Part shown: one piece after another, positions 27,843-35,467 of the stretch
Position numbering within the stretch: the first letter of the stretch is position 1
Layout: every line of letters starts with the position of its first letter
IMG/VR virus record: IMGVR_UViG_3300030049_000021
Span: 1 to 54,025 of that record
DNA length: 54,025 nt
Source: a virus
Taxonomy: Duplodnaviria; Caudoviricetes
Strand: one strand, 5' to 3'
Notes under the pieces: model-generated
The model's database searches: none
Told to the model about the DNA's origin: nothing
What the model saw: the letters and a program-made list of their open reading frames with translations, nothing else
Position numbers and translations under genes: made by a program

Positions 27843-28360
27843 TCGACTCCCGCTAGGCGCTTAATATCGGCCAACGCAACCTCGTTGGACTCATAAAATC
27901 GCACTGGCGAGATCGGATAGCCAGACGCTTTGTAAATCTGCATAGCGGCAAACTCCGTGGACGTCCGCTTTTCGAGCGCGTAGCCCGCTTCACCCGCCAA
28001 ATGTACGGCCCACCCAGCTCGGCAATGAGTCGTACCGCAGGTATGCCAGGTGGACATTTCCAACCCGACGGTTTGGATTGCATCGTAAATGGCCTTGTGA
28101 ATATTCGGGATTGAGGGTATTTCAGGTGGCTCGATAGGCCGAGGTGCCATACCGCTACAACGGCTACAACCGCTACAACCGCTACAATCGCTACAATCGC
28201 TACAACCGCGACAACGGCTACAACCGCGACAACCGCGACAACCAAGGAGACTCGCTAAAGCTCGCCTCGCGGCGTCCTCCGATCCAAAATAAGCGACCGA
28301 TGCGGTGTTACCGTTGGCGTCGGTTATGACACCATCTACAAATTCAAGTTGTGTTTCCAT
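27839..28360 (-). CDS. Cys-repeat protein with conserved C-terminal WH.CGTTHCRAGW domain
   Basis: Ten Cxx repeats, then LEMSTWHTCGTTHCRAGWAV, a domain often fused to repeat solenoids in phages. Extended -10 TGtTATGAT lies 7 nt before the ATG. Confidence 0.8.
   Translation of the reverse strand: METQLEFVDGVITDANGNTASVAYFGSEDAARRALASLLGCRGCRGCSRCRGCSDCSDCSGCSGCSRCSGMAPRPIEPPEIPSIPNIHKAIYDAIQTVGLEMSTWHTCGTTHCRAGWAVHLAGEAGYALEKRTSTEFAAMQIYKASGYPISPVRFYESNEVALADIKRLAGVE
28152..28241. repeat. 9-bp tandem repeat, 10 copies (consensus ccgctacaa)
   Basis: Read directly; encodes the Cxx repeats of 27839-28360. Confidence 0.95.
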
Positions 28361-28434
28361 CTACCCAATCATAACACACCCGACTATAAAAATGTTAAAC
28401 CGTCTATCTATTTTCGGCCAATGGCGAATATAAT

Positions 28435-28842
28435 ATGGGAGTGATGCCACAAACAGATTGCCGATACGAAGATTCATTTGCGGTCGTGAGTCTCACGCCT
28501 GAATGCGCACGAGAGGTTCGCGCACGGCGTAAGATCGCCGCCATTGCAATCATTCCCAAGAGGGTAAGCACAGCGGCCTACTACGAGTCAATGTTAGGCT
28601 TGGAATCTACGCTGGGCGCTTGTAGCAAAATCACGGAGGTGTATTACCAGCGCGGCGTTCAACGCGCTAAACAGCACCGTGAGCATTTGCGGGGTAGACC
28701 TTGGTGCGAGACTGAGATAACAAAGTCGGGTAGATATTGGACATGGGTGACGTACCGTGAGGGCTACGCGCTGGCATCAGGTTCAGCTAGATCACAAGTG
28801 CAAGCCGAAACCGATGCCCTGGAATCTATTCTATGGACTTAA
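28435..28842 (+). CDS. Hypothetical protein
   Basis: 135 aa, TATAAT just upstream (true start may be 28441 or 28444). Confidence 0.55.
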   Translation: MGVMPQTDCRYEDSFAVVSLTPECAREVRARRKIAAIAIIPKRVSTAAYYESMLGLESTLGACSKITEVYYQRGVQRAKQHREHLRGRPWCETEITKSGRYWTWVTYREGYALASGSARSQVQAETDALESILWT

Positions 28843-28972
28843 CGACACATACCTCTGATGCCTTGAATCGACTCTACTGCGAAGCCGTAGCCACTGGCCG
28901 TTGGTCGCTCTGCGAGCGGATCGAATTGGAGTTCGTTCGTCGGTTGCGGGTGGCTGAGATCTTGAGGGAACT

Positions 28973-29182
28973 ATGAACAAGAAACTGGCAGGAACGATAG
29001 GCGAGCAGCGGTTTACCGCGTTGATCACTGACCCGGACTCAGATGGAGATGTTATTTGGCAAATAGAATTTGACGAGATGTATGGCGAGATGGAGCCAAT
29101 CGAAGATTTCCAGGACTCAGCGGCGGCAGAAAAAGATCTTAGATCGGTACTCGAAAGGTTTGGGGCGAAAATCGACGAATAA
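28973..29182 (+). CDS. Small acidic protein
   Basis: 69 aa, GAGG Shine-Dalgarno, followed by a hairpin. Confidence 0.65.
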   Translation: MNKKLAGTIGEQRFTALITDPDSDGDVIWQIEFDEMYGEMEPIEDFQDSAAAEKDLRSVLERFGAKIDE

Positions 29183-29186
29183 GGGC

Positions 29187-29232
29187 CAAAAAACGAAATA
29201 GTCCGCACCCTTGGGGAAGGGGCGGACTATTC
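29187..29232. terminator. Terminator-like hairpin (T-run on the minus strand)
   Basis: aatagtccgc...gcggactatt stem preceded by an A-run. Confidence 0.7.
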
Positions 29233-29308
29233 GCGGTGTCTGCTAATGAGGGTGATGGATTCCCAAACATCTTACACCAACTCCCGGTTTTGTGCTAGTG
29301 TTGGACCG

Positions 29309-29683
29309 ATGAAGAGATTACTTCTCGCCGCGTCCCTCACCATTTTCGCGCCCGTGGCCTACACTCAGTCGTTGCCAACGCTGACAGCTCCAGCTAACGC
29401 AACCCCGGCGATCTACTACGATGCACGACTGAAAGTCCCCGGCGCTGTCCTGATCTCGCGGCTCGACACCCTCAAAAAGCTGTCGCTGGATGTGCAGGCA
29501 ATCTACGGCGCTGAAAGCTCCGACACTCATTACCGATCGACGGTCGGACTTCTGGGCCTCGGGCTCACTCACACGTTCCCATTACTCTCGCACGTAACTG
29601 GGACATTTGGCGTTGCCGTGACAGTCACGAGCGGCCAGCAGCCGAGCGGCGGGGCTATCGCTTGTCTGGGGTGGAAGTTCTAG
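29309..29683 (+). CDS. Small exported outer-membrane beta-barrel-like protein
   Basis: Signal peptide MKRLLLAASLTIFAPVAYT, alternating amphipathic strands (GLGLTH, GTFGVAVTV), C-terminal LGWKF ending in Phe. Confidence 0.6.
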   Translation: MKRLLLAASLTIFAPVAYTQSLPTLTAPANATPAIYYDARLKVPGAVLISRLDTLKKLSLDVQAIYGAESSDTHYRSTVGLLGLGLTHTFPLLSHVTGTFGVAVTVTSGQQPSGGAIACLGWKF

Positions 29684-29706
29684 TTCGGGCCTGTGATATA
29701 ATAACC

Positions 29707-30200
29707 CCGTCCCTTCAGGTCGGTGTTCATCGGGCGGTTGTGAGTGGCCGCCCAGTCCTTCGGCTTGGAACGGAAAGGACTATAACAATTTAACCTTTTC
29801 TAAATTACACCAATAGGTTTAAGGAGAGAAAGGCGGAACCGATCACGTAATAGATGGTGAAATAGGTAATAAGCGTGGCCTCTGAAATAAAGTGGTCTGG
29901 CGGGAAGGAAAGACTCCACATTGTTCGTAAAAACAACAGGCCGGTAGGCGATCCGAAAATGGATCATATGCCGAACCGGCCAACAATTTGAACCGAAAGG
30001 TTCGTTAGAGCTGCTAGGGTCGCTCCCTAGATGATGTTGGAGACACGGGGGAAACAACAAAGAATAGGCGAAAGCTAAAGCCCGACCAATTTTGGCCCGC
30101 GAGTTTTATTCACACGCTTGATGAGCGGGCCGATATCCTTCACGTGGAGCGTGTTTGGCTTAATGGCCGATTTACGAGACTCACGATCCAGCCTTTAACC
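29707..30200 (+). ncRNA. Large, multiply pseudoknotted structured RNA (GOLLD/ROOL-like)
   Basis: No credible ORF. Closing helix aaaggcgga(29829)/tccagccttt(30187). Many hairpins including GAAA tetraloops. Long-range pairs aagcgtg/cacgctt, gaagga/tccttc, cgtaaa/tttacg, gacacg/cgtgtt. Near a tRNA cluster. Confidence 0.7.
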
Positions 30201-30339
30201 CCCACGAATTCGAGGGGTTTAATCCGGGTTAAACTAACCGCATCGTTGATGCTGCTTAGTCGGGAATCCTAGTTACTCGAAACTCACTAGAAAGGTCTTT
30301 TTTTGAGTAGCTTTCTAGTAGCCGTGTTAACCTAACCCC

Positions 30340-30918
30340 ATGCCAACCTACAAAGGTGCCGACACCACCGACCTTCTAACCGCCGACAATATCAGAGGCC
30401 TCGCGTTCATCGGCAAATACTGCGCTGACACCCCATCATTCCCGGACAAGCGATTAACCCACTCTGAGAAGGCGAGCCTCAAAGCCGCTGGTATCCCGTC
30501 GTTTTTTCTCTATGAGCGCGGCAACACCGCCGACTATTTCACCGGCGAGCAGGGTGCAGCCGATGCAGCGGCAACCGTCGCTTATTTCCAAGAGCTAGGC
30601 GTACCTGCGGGAATTCCGTGCTTTGCCTGCTACGACGATGATTTCAGCCCGTCGCAAATCATGGCGTATGCCCTTGCGTTTCACGATGAGATGAAAAGCT
30701 CGGGCTATCTCGCTGGTGCTTACGGTTCCGGACTCGTGCTAGGTGTGCTTCTGGCAGCGGGTATTATTCACTATTCGATGCTATCGAACGCTAAGGGGTG
30801 GCAGGGATACGACGATTTCCTAGGCAAGCAAGATATTCTGCAGCTCACTGGGTCTGCTAATGGGTTAAACTCAGATCCCGACGAGGCGACCAGCCTTGAT
30901 GGGTGGAGTTGGCTTTAG
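30340..30918 (+). CDS. DUF1906 (Rv2525c/GH25-like) glycoside hydrolase, putative endolysin
   Basis: G.D, F.GKY, K.LT..E...L..AG....F.YE, G..DA..........G.P.G.P.FA..D.D, Y..G.YGS. Confidence 0.85.
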   Translation: MPTYKGADTTDLLTADNIRGLAFIGKYCADTPSFPDKRLTHSEKASLKAAGIPSFFLYERGNTADYFTGEQGAADAAATVAYFQELGVPAGIPCFACYDDDFSPSQIMAYALAFHDEMKSSGYLAGAYGSGLVLGVLLAAGIIHYSMLSNAKGWQGYDDFLGKQDILQLTGSANGLNSDPDEATSLDGWSWL

Positions 30919-30947
30919 GGAGCCGAGGTGATAAGATAACCCAAAAC

Positions 30948-31022
30948 GGACGGTTCGCCTAGTGGTATGGCCCTAGAATTTGGATCTAGTACGCGGGTGT
31001 TCGATTCACTCACCGTCTGCCA
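30948..31022 (+). tRNA. tRNA-Gln(TTG)
   Basis: Acceptor ggacggt/accgtct, anticodon arm ctaga-atTTGga-tctag, T-arm gggtg-ttcgatt-cactc, encoded CCA. Confidence 0.85.
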
Positions 31023-31042
31023 ACTTTCGGTATCATTCACGT

Positions 31043-31120
31043 GCGGTCGTGGCTCAGTGGTATACAGCGCTGGTCTCCAAAACCAGTATTTCGCGCGTTC
31101 GAATCGCGCCGACCGTGCCA
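31043..31120 (+). tRNA. tRNA-Trp(CCA)
   Basis: Acceptor gcggtcg/cgaccgt, anticodon arm ctggt-ctCCAaa-accag, TTCGAAT loop, CCA end. Confidence 0.92.
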
Positions 31121-31126
31121 ACCTTT

Positions 31127-31190
31127 AGGGTATAGTCAAGCCCTCATGTTGCAAAACCTGAACCACTCGTATTTATCATCCTCGTACCTC
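31127..31190 (+). pseudogene. Degenerate tRNA-Cys(GCA) remnant
   Basis: gggtat/gtacct acceptor-like pair, tagtcaag D-arm start, catgt-tGCAaa-acctg anticodon-like arm. T-arm and CCA are lost. Confidence 0.45.
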
Positions 31191-31208
31191 AGTTATTGAC
31201 AACTGACG

Positions 31209-31299
31209 GGAAGGGTGGCAGAGTGATTTATTGCCTTAGTCTTGAAAACTAATAGTCGGTATGACCGACACCAGGGTTTGAATCCCTGTCCTTCCTCCA
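31209..31299 (+). tRNA. tRNA-Ser(TGA)
   Basis: Acceptor ggaaggg/tccttcc, ttagt-ctTGAaa-actaa, long variable arm gtcggt/accgac, CCA end. Confidence 0.9.
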
Positions 31300-31311
31300 A
31301 CTTTATTTCTT

Positions 31312-31397
31312 GCTAGGTTGGCCGAGTGGACGATGGCAGATGCCTGTAAAGCAGATCCGTAAAAAGCACGTAGGTTCGAATCCTACACCTAGCACCA
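31312..31397 (+). tRNA. tRNA-Tyr(GTA)
   Basis: Acceptor gctaggt/acctagc, loop ctGTAaa, T-arm gtagg/cctac, CCA end; anticodon stem has two G-A mismatches. Confidence 0.85.
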
Positions 31398-31407
31398 ACT
31401 ACATTTC

Positions 31408-31485
31408 GGGTCACTGGTGCAACTGGTAGACGCAAAAGGCTTAAACCCTTTCCAAGTCTGAGTTCGAATCTCAGGTGACCCACCA
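31408..31485 (+). tRNA. tRNA-Leu(TAA), short variable arm
   Basis: Acceptor gggtcac/gtgaccc, aaagg-ctTAAac-ccttt, T-arm ctgag/ctcag, CCA end. Confidence 0.9.
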
Positions 31486-31490
31486 CATAT

Positions 31491-31568
31491 CCCCTGCTGG
31501 GCAAATTGGTAAAGTCGTCTGATTTAGGATCAGAAGTTATCTCAGTTCAAGTCTGAGGCGGGGGACCA
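31491..31568 (+). tRNA. tRNA-Leu(TAG), short variable arm
   Basis: Acceptor cccctgc/gcggggg, tctga-ttTAGga-tcaga, T-arm ctcag/ctgag, CCA end. Confidence 0.9.
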
Positions 31569-31575
31569 ATTTCAC

Positions 31576-31665
31576 GGATGCGTGTCGGAGCGGCTTATCG
31601 AGCTTGATTGCTAATCAAAAGGGCTGAAACACGTCCCCCGAGTTCGAATCTCGGCGCATCCTCCA
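31576..31665 (+). tRNA. tRNA-Ser(GCT)
   Basis: Acceptor ggatgcg/cgcatcc, loop ttGCTaa, long variable arm, T-arm ccgag/ctcgg, CCA end. Confidence 0.9.
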
Positions 31666-31743
31666 ATCTTTAGGGTAGCCTTCCCCCGTCCATAGCCGCC
31701 ACGGATGGCAAATAATACCGGCATGGGTTAGAATAGGGGCAAC

Positions 31744-32115
31744 ATGCGACACCCGAGAGTAGAGACAGCCGTAGAAGCCAACCAAGAGCGCCACCAATTA
31801 GTAGAGTGGGCTGTTAAGAGCCTCAAGAAGTGGGGGTCGGTCGTTGCGGTTCTAACTGGCCTAGTCACGATCGGCGGCGTCATGATCGATGGCGCGATGA
31901 ACTACAGTGGCAAAGCGGACAAGACCACGGTCGACCTCCTGCGAGAAAAGACCGTAACAAAAGACGACTTTACCGAGTTCAAACTGACTACCGGTAAGCG
32001 GTTCGACAGCATTGACAATAGCTTAAACTCAATCCGCACGTTCCAATCGGACACCCGCGACCATCAAGTAGCGTTCGAAAACTTCCTCAAGGGTCAGATG
32101 TCACGAAATAAGTAA
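31744..32115 (+). CDS. Single-TM coiled-coil protein (holin/lysis-associated candidate)
   Basis: Hydrophobic WGSVVAVLTGLVTIGGVMI followed by a heptad region; near the endolysin. Confidence 0.55.
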   Translation: MRHPRVETAVEANQERHQLVEWAVKSLKKWGSVVAVLTGLVTIGGVMIDGAMNYSGKADKTTVDLLREKTVTKDDFTEFKLTTGKRFDSIDNSLNSIRTFQSDTRDHQVAFENFLKGQMSRNK

Positions 32116-32162
32116 CATGCCATTACCGTATCTACGTGTAAAATCGTGGAAGGCGGTGAATA

Positions 32163-32549
32163 ATGGCGAAAATCAGCGAGATCGTTCAAACGTCCACGCT
32201 GATAAGCATTTTAATCGTTCTCATCCTCTGCTATCGCCGGTTCGCGGAAACTGAGGACATTCAGAAATTGCGCCTAAGAGCCCAGCAGCAAGAAGAGCGC
32301 GGGCGGCAGGCAATCGAAATAGGCCAACGCAAAGAGTGGCGCGGCATCCTAGACCAAATCCAGGCGCTTAAAGACACCGCTCATACCCAGCGGACGCAAC
32401 TCCAAACTCAGGAGCAAGAGCTGCATTACATCAGGCTTGAGGCAGAACTACGCACAAAGCGAGATGAGGGTTATAATAAAATCCTAAGCCTAATGGCTCC
32501 CGTGAAACAAAATGACAAGCGAACAGATAGCCGAACTAGTAAGCATTGA
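32163..32549 (+). CDS. N-terminal TM + coiled-coil protein (holin/spanin-like candidate)
   Basis: LISILIVLILCY followed by Q/E/R-rich heptads. Confidence 0.55.
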   Translation: MAKISEIVQTSTLISILIVLILCYRRFAETEDIQKLRLRAQQQEERGRQAIEIGQRKEWRGILDQIQALKDTAHTQRTQLQTQEQELHYIRLEAELRTKRDEGYNKILSLMAPVKQNDKRTDSRTSKH

Positions 32550-32700
32550 CAATTCAAAGGGTGGCACCCTTACCGAATCGATCGTCAGCCAGATCCTTTC
32601 CACCCTCTACGCCGAACTTGAGCAGTGGCAAGCACTCGTGAACTTTTGGCTGGAATACATCAAGGCTAATACGCCAATCTCGGGTGGCGGCGGTGGCTAG
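32512..32700 (+). CDS. Hypothetical protein
   Basis: 62-aa ORF in the late operon. Confidence 0.5.
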   Translation: MTSEQIAELVSIDNSKGGTLTESIVSQILSTLYAELEQWQALVNFWLEYIKANTPISGGGGG

Positions 32701-33036
32701 GGCACCCAAAGAACCGAATGACTGGCTAGTGCTGCTGAATCGTGGTGCTAGTCATCATCGGCGGGATTGTGATAGGATCGTGGACTAAATGAGAAAACGA
32801 GAATTCCCGATAGTCGGCATTATCATCGTAGTTTTCCTCGTAATCGTTTGGTATGCCCCCCAGGTTTGGGAGATGATGAGTCATTGAAAATTGACACGAT
32901 CCTGTACGTCATCATGGGCGGCGTGGCATATGGTTCGACCGTCCCGTATGTCAATTCGATCATGTGGTGGTGCGGCCTGGCGTCGTCTATGCTGATACCA
33001 TGGAAGGCGAAACGTTCGCCGGGGAAGGGGCAATAA

Positions 33037-33834
33037 GTGGCGCATGACCCCAACCTTTGGACCGAGATGCGGCAGGCTTATGTCAATCTCCGTGTGGCTG
33101 GCGAATCAATGGAGTCAGCCTTCGAAAAGGCTGGTTATAAGTGCTACAACTCTAAAGGGATTCGCTACGATACTCGTTACATACAAAGCCAAGCCCGGAG
33201 TATTGAAGATGTCCCTTGGGTTAAGCAAGAGATTCGGCGTCTGCGGATCAACAATTCCGAGGTTGCGCTTGAACGACTTCATCAGGTAGCAAACACATCC
33301 CCGACCGAGCTGGTAAACAATGTCATCGACTCGTGCCGGTTCTGTTGGGGCATCGACAATAAATACCAGCGCACGGCAAGAGAAATGGCCGATCAGCGCG
33401 AACAATGGGAAAAGAAGCTCAATCGGCTGTTGAATTCGAAAGACGAAAAAGAGCGAGAGCAGGCTTCCGAGATGGGCGAATTTGACGAAAAGGGCGGCAT
33501 AGGATATAACCCTACGAAAGGGCCTAACCCGAAATGCGAGGAATGTTTCGGACGCGGGGTACCGGTCGTTATTCTTGCCGACACTCGCAATCTCAGTGAC
33601 GGCGCGGTTTCACTCTATGCTGGTGTAAAGCAAACTGATAAGGGTATTGAAATGAAACTCCACGATCAGAACGCAGCTCGAATGGCTATGGCTAAACATC
33701 ATGGGCTGCTAGTTGACAAGGTAGAACACAGCGGGAAAATAGATGTCGAACAACTCACCGCAGATCAGCGAGAAGCTGAAATCAGAGCTATCCTCACCTC
33801 AATCGGTGGAGGCGCTGAAGAAAGCGACGCCTGA
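33037..33834 (+). CDS. terS: Terminase small subunit (Zn-binding-insert type)
   Basis: CRFCWG and PNPKCEECFGRG Zn motifs, DTR.LS....LYAGVKQT..G.E.K..DQ, C-terminal KVEHSG; directly upstream of terL. Confidence 0.85.
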   Translation: MAHDPNLWTEMRQAYVNLRVAGESMESAFEKAGYKCYNSKGIRYDTRYIQSQARSIEDVPWVKQEIRRLRINNSEVALERLHQVANTSPTELVNNVIDSCRFCWGIDNKYQRTAREMADQREQWEKKLNRLLNSKDEKEREQASEMGEFDEKGGIGYNPTKGPNPKCEECFGRGVPVVILADTRNLSDGAVSLYAGVKQTDKGIEMKLHDQNAARMAMAKHHGLLVDKVEHSGKIDVEQLTADQREAEIRAILTSIGGGAEESDA

Positions 33835-35467
33835 ACAGTTAGAACGCATCAAGCAATTGATTGGCGTGAAGACTTCACGAAATCGGGTTACCTTCGCTGA
33901 CTTAAAGATCCGAACAAAGAGCAAGCAAATAATCCCTTTCGAGCCAAACTACATCCAACGCCAATATCTTAACAAGTTGTGTCCGCGATGGCGTGAAGGC
34001 GTATTTGCCCTAAAGGGCGTGAGAGACATCATACTCAAAGGTCGGCAACAGGGATTTTCGACGCTTATTCAGGCCATTTTCTTTTGCGAGACGCTAAATG
34101 GAGAGAACACCCAAACGGTTGTTCTAGCTCACGATTTAGAGTCGACGGAACGTATCTTCCAAATGGTACAGATTTTCTATGACAATCTTCCAGATCATAA
34201 GAAGCCGTTCGCCAAATATGCCTCGAAACGCATGTTTTATTGGCCGTCGATAAATTCTTACTACTCCGTGGGAACAGCGGGCGCTAAGACCTATGGGCGT
34301 GGCGGGACCATAAATAATGTCCACTTTTCAGAGGTCGCATTTGCCGAGTGTGCGGATTTGGTCGCATCGGCACTTCTCCAAGCGGTTCCGGTCGATGGAA
34401 ACGTTTTCGAGGAATCAACCGCAAACGGAGTCGGCAATTACTTCAGCGACGAATGGGAACTGTCGCGCAATGGAGAAAGCGCGTTTCGCCGCCACTTTTG
34501 CCCGTGGTTTGAAACTTCTGAATATCGGCTGGCAACCGGCGCGGAGTTCGTATGTACGGACGACGAGCAAAAGAAAGCCGAACAGTTCGGGCTTGATGAT
34601 GAGCAACTAAACTGGTATCGGACCAAGCGCAAGGAGCTAAAGGAAAAAGTGGCCCAGGAGTATCCTCACACTGAGGAGGAGGCATTTCTTTCGTCTGGAC
34701 ATCCCTACTTTGATCGAGACAAACTGACAGAGATCCTGGGGATGTGCAAAGACGCTATCCAGATCGAATCGCCCACTCCTACATCGAGGCTCGGTAAAGC
34801 GTGGACTAAACTAAAAGTCTGGAAAGTTCCAGTCGCTGGCCGGGGCTACATAATCAGCGCCGATACCGCCGAAGGACTGCCGGGAAAGAAAGGTGATGAA
34901 TCCGACTTTGATTCCGCATCGGTTTGGGACGCGGAAACATACGAGCAGGTAGCCCACCTCCATGGAAAATGGGATACCCACGAATACGGACTCATTCTCG
35001 CCGAACTTGGGGTCTGGTACAACACCGCATTGATAGGCGTGGAGCGAAATAATCACGGTCATGCTGTCATAAACTCAATTCTCCATGCAGCCAATTACCC
35101 TCCAATGAAGCCTGGATCATTTGGAGGTCTTTACTTCCACGAGGAATACGACGCGCACGGCAAGTTCTCAGCGAGAAAGCCCGGATGGCCAACAACGCCT
35201 AAGACTAAGTATTTCGCACTTGATGGCCTAGCTTCCACGCTAATCGAAGGTGACTCAATCATCAATTGCAAGGAAACCATCGCCGAAATGATGCGGTATG
35301 TTAAACTCCCAGGTGGGCAAGCTGGCGGCGAGGCCGGATCGCACGATGATAGAGTAATGGACGCGGCAATAGGAGATGTACTTTTGAAACTCGGTCTATG
35401 GAAAAAGACAAGAAATCCCGCTGCTGATGCCGTTGAGTTCTTTAAGCTCATGGGTGCCACTAAGTGA
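33743..35467 (+). CDS. terL: Terminase large subunit
   Basis: IILKGRQQGFST, GRGGT...VHFSEVAF, ESTANGVGN, nuclease SADTAEG, ERNNHG, HDD.V...AI. Confidence 0.95.
   Translation: MSNNSPQISEKLKSELSSPQSVEALKKATPEQLERIKQLIGVKTSRNRVTFADLKIRTKSKQIIPFEPNYIQRQYLNKLCPRWREGVFALKGVRDIILKGRQQGFSTLIQAIFFCETLNGENTQTVVLAHDLESTERIFQMVQIFYDNLPDHKKPFAKYASKRMFYWPSINSYYSVGTAGAKTYGRGGTINNVHFSEVAFAECADLVASALLQAVPVDGNVFEESTANGVGNYFSDEWELSRNGESAFRRHFCPWFETSEYRLATGAEFVCTDDEQKKAEQFGLDDEQLNWYRTKRKELKEKVAQEYPHTEEEAFLSSGHPYFDRDKLTEILGMCKDAIQIESPTPTSRLGKAWTKLKVWKVPVAGRGYIISADTAEGLPGKKGDESDFDSASVWDAETYEQVAHLHGKWDTHEYGLILAELGVWYNTALIGVERNNHGHAVINSILHAANYPPMKPGSFGGLYFHEEYDAHGKFSARKPGWPTTPKTKYFALDGLASTLIEGDSIINCKETIAEMMRYVKLPGGQAGGEAGSHDDRVMDAAIGDVLLKLGLWKKTRNPAADAVEFFKLMGATK

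Noticed and set aside
28152-28241. CRISPR array
   Set aside because: 9-bp contiguous units with no spacers; coding repeat; no cas operon
27853-28329. Alternative-frame ORFs over the 9-bp repeat (VVA-repeat and YNR-repeat ORFs)
   Set aside because: By-products of the stop-free repeat; the Cys frame has a promoter and a conserved domain
30948-31665. Suppressor tRNAs / stop-codon reassignment
   Set aside because: Anticodons TAA, TAG and TGA read Leu and Ser codons, not stops. All three stop codons end genes normally and core genes are uninterrupted.
31666-31740. tRNA-associated HDV-like (theta) ribozyme
   Set aside because: Only a ccgtcc/ggatgg hairpin is evident; the nested double pseudoknot could not be built
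31313-31797. Minus-strand ORFs across the tRNA cluster, and most other short antisense ORFs in the track
   Set aside because: Shadows of tRNAs or of longer, motif-bearing, operon-coupled genes
33743-35467. Intein or intron in terminase (also checked the primase-helicase)
   Set aside because: Normal lengths, continuous motifs, no intein splice-junction signatures seen
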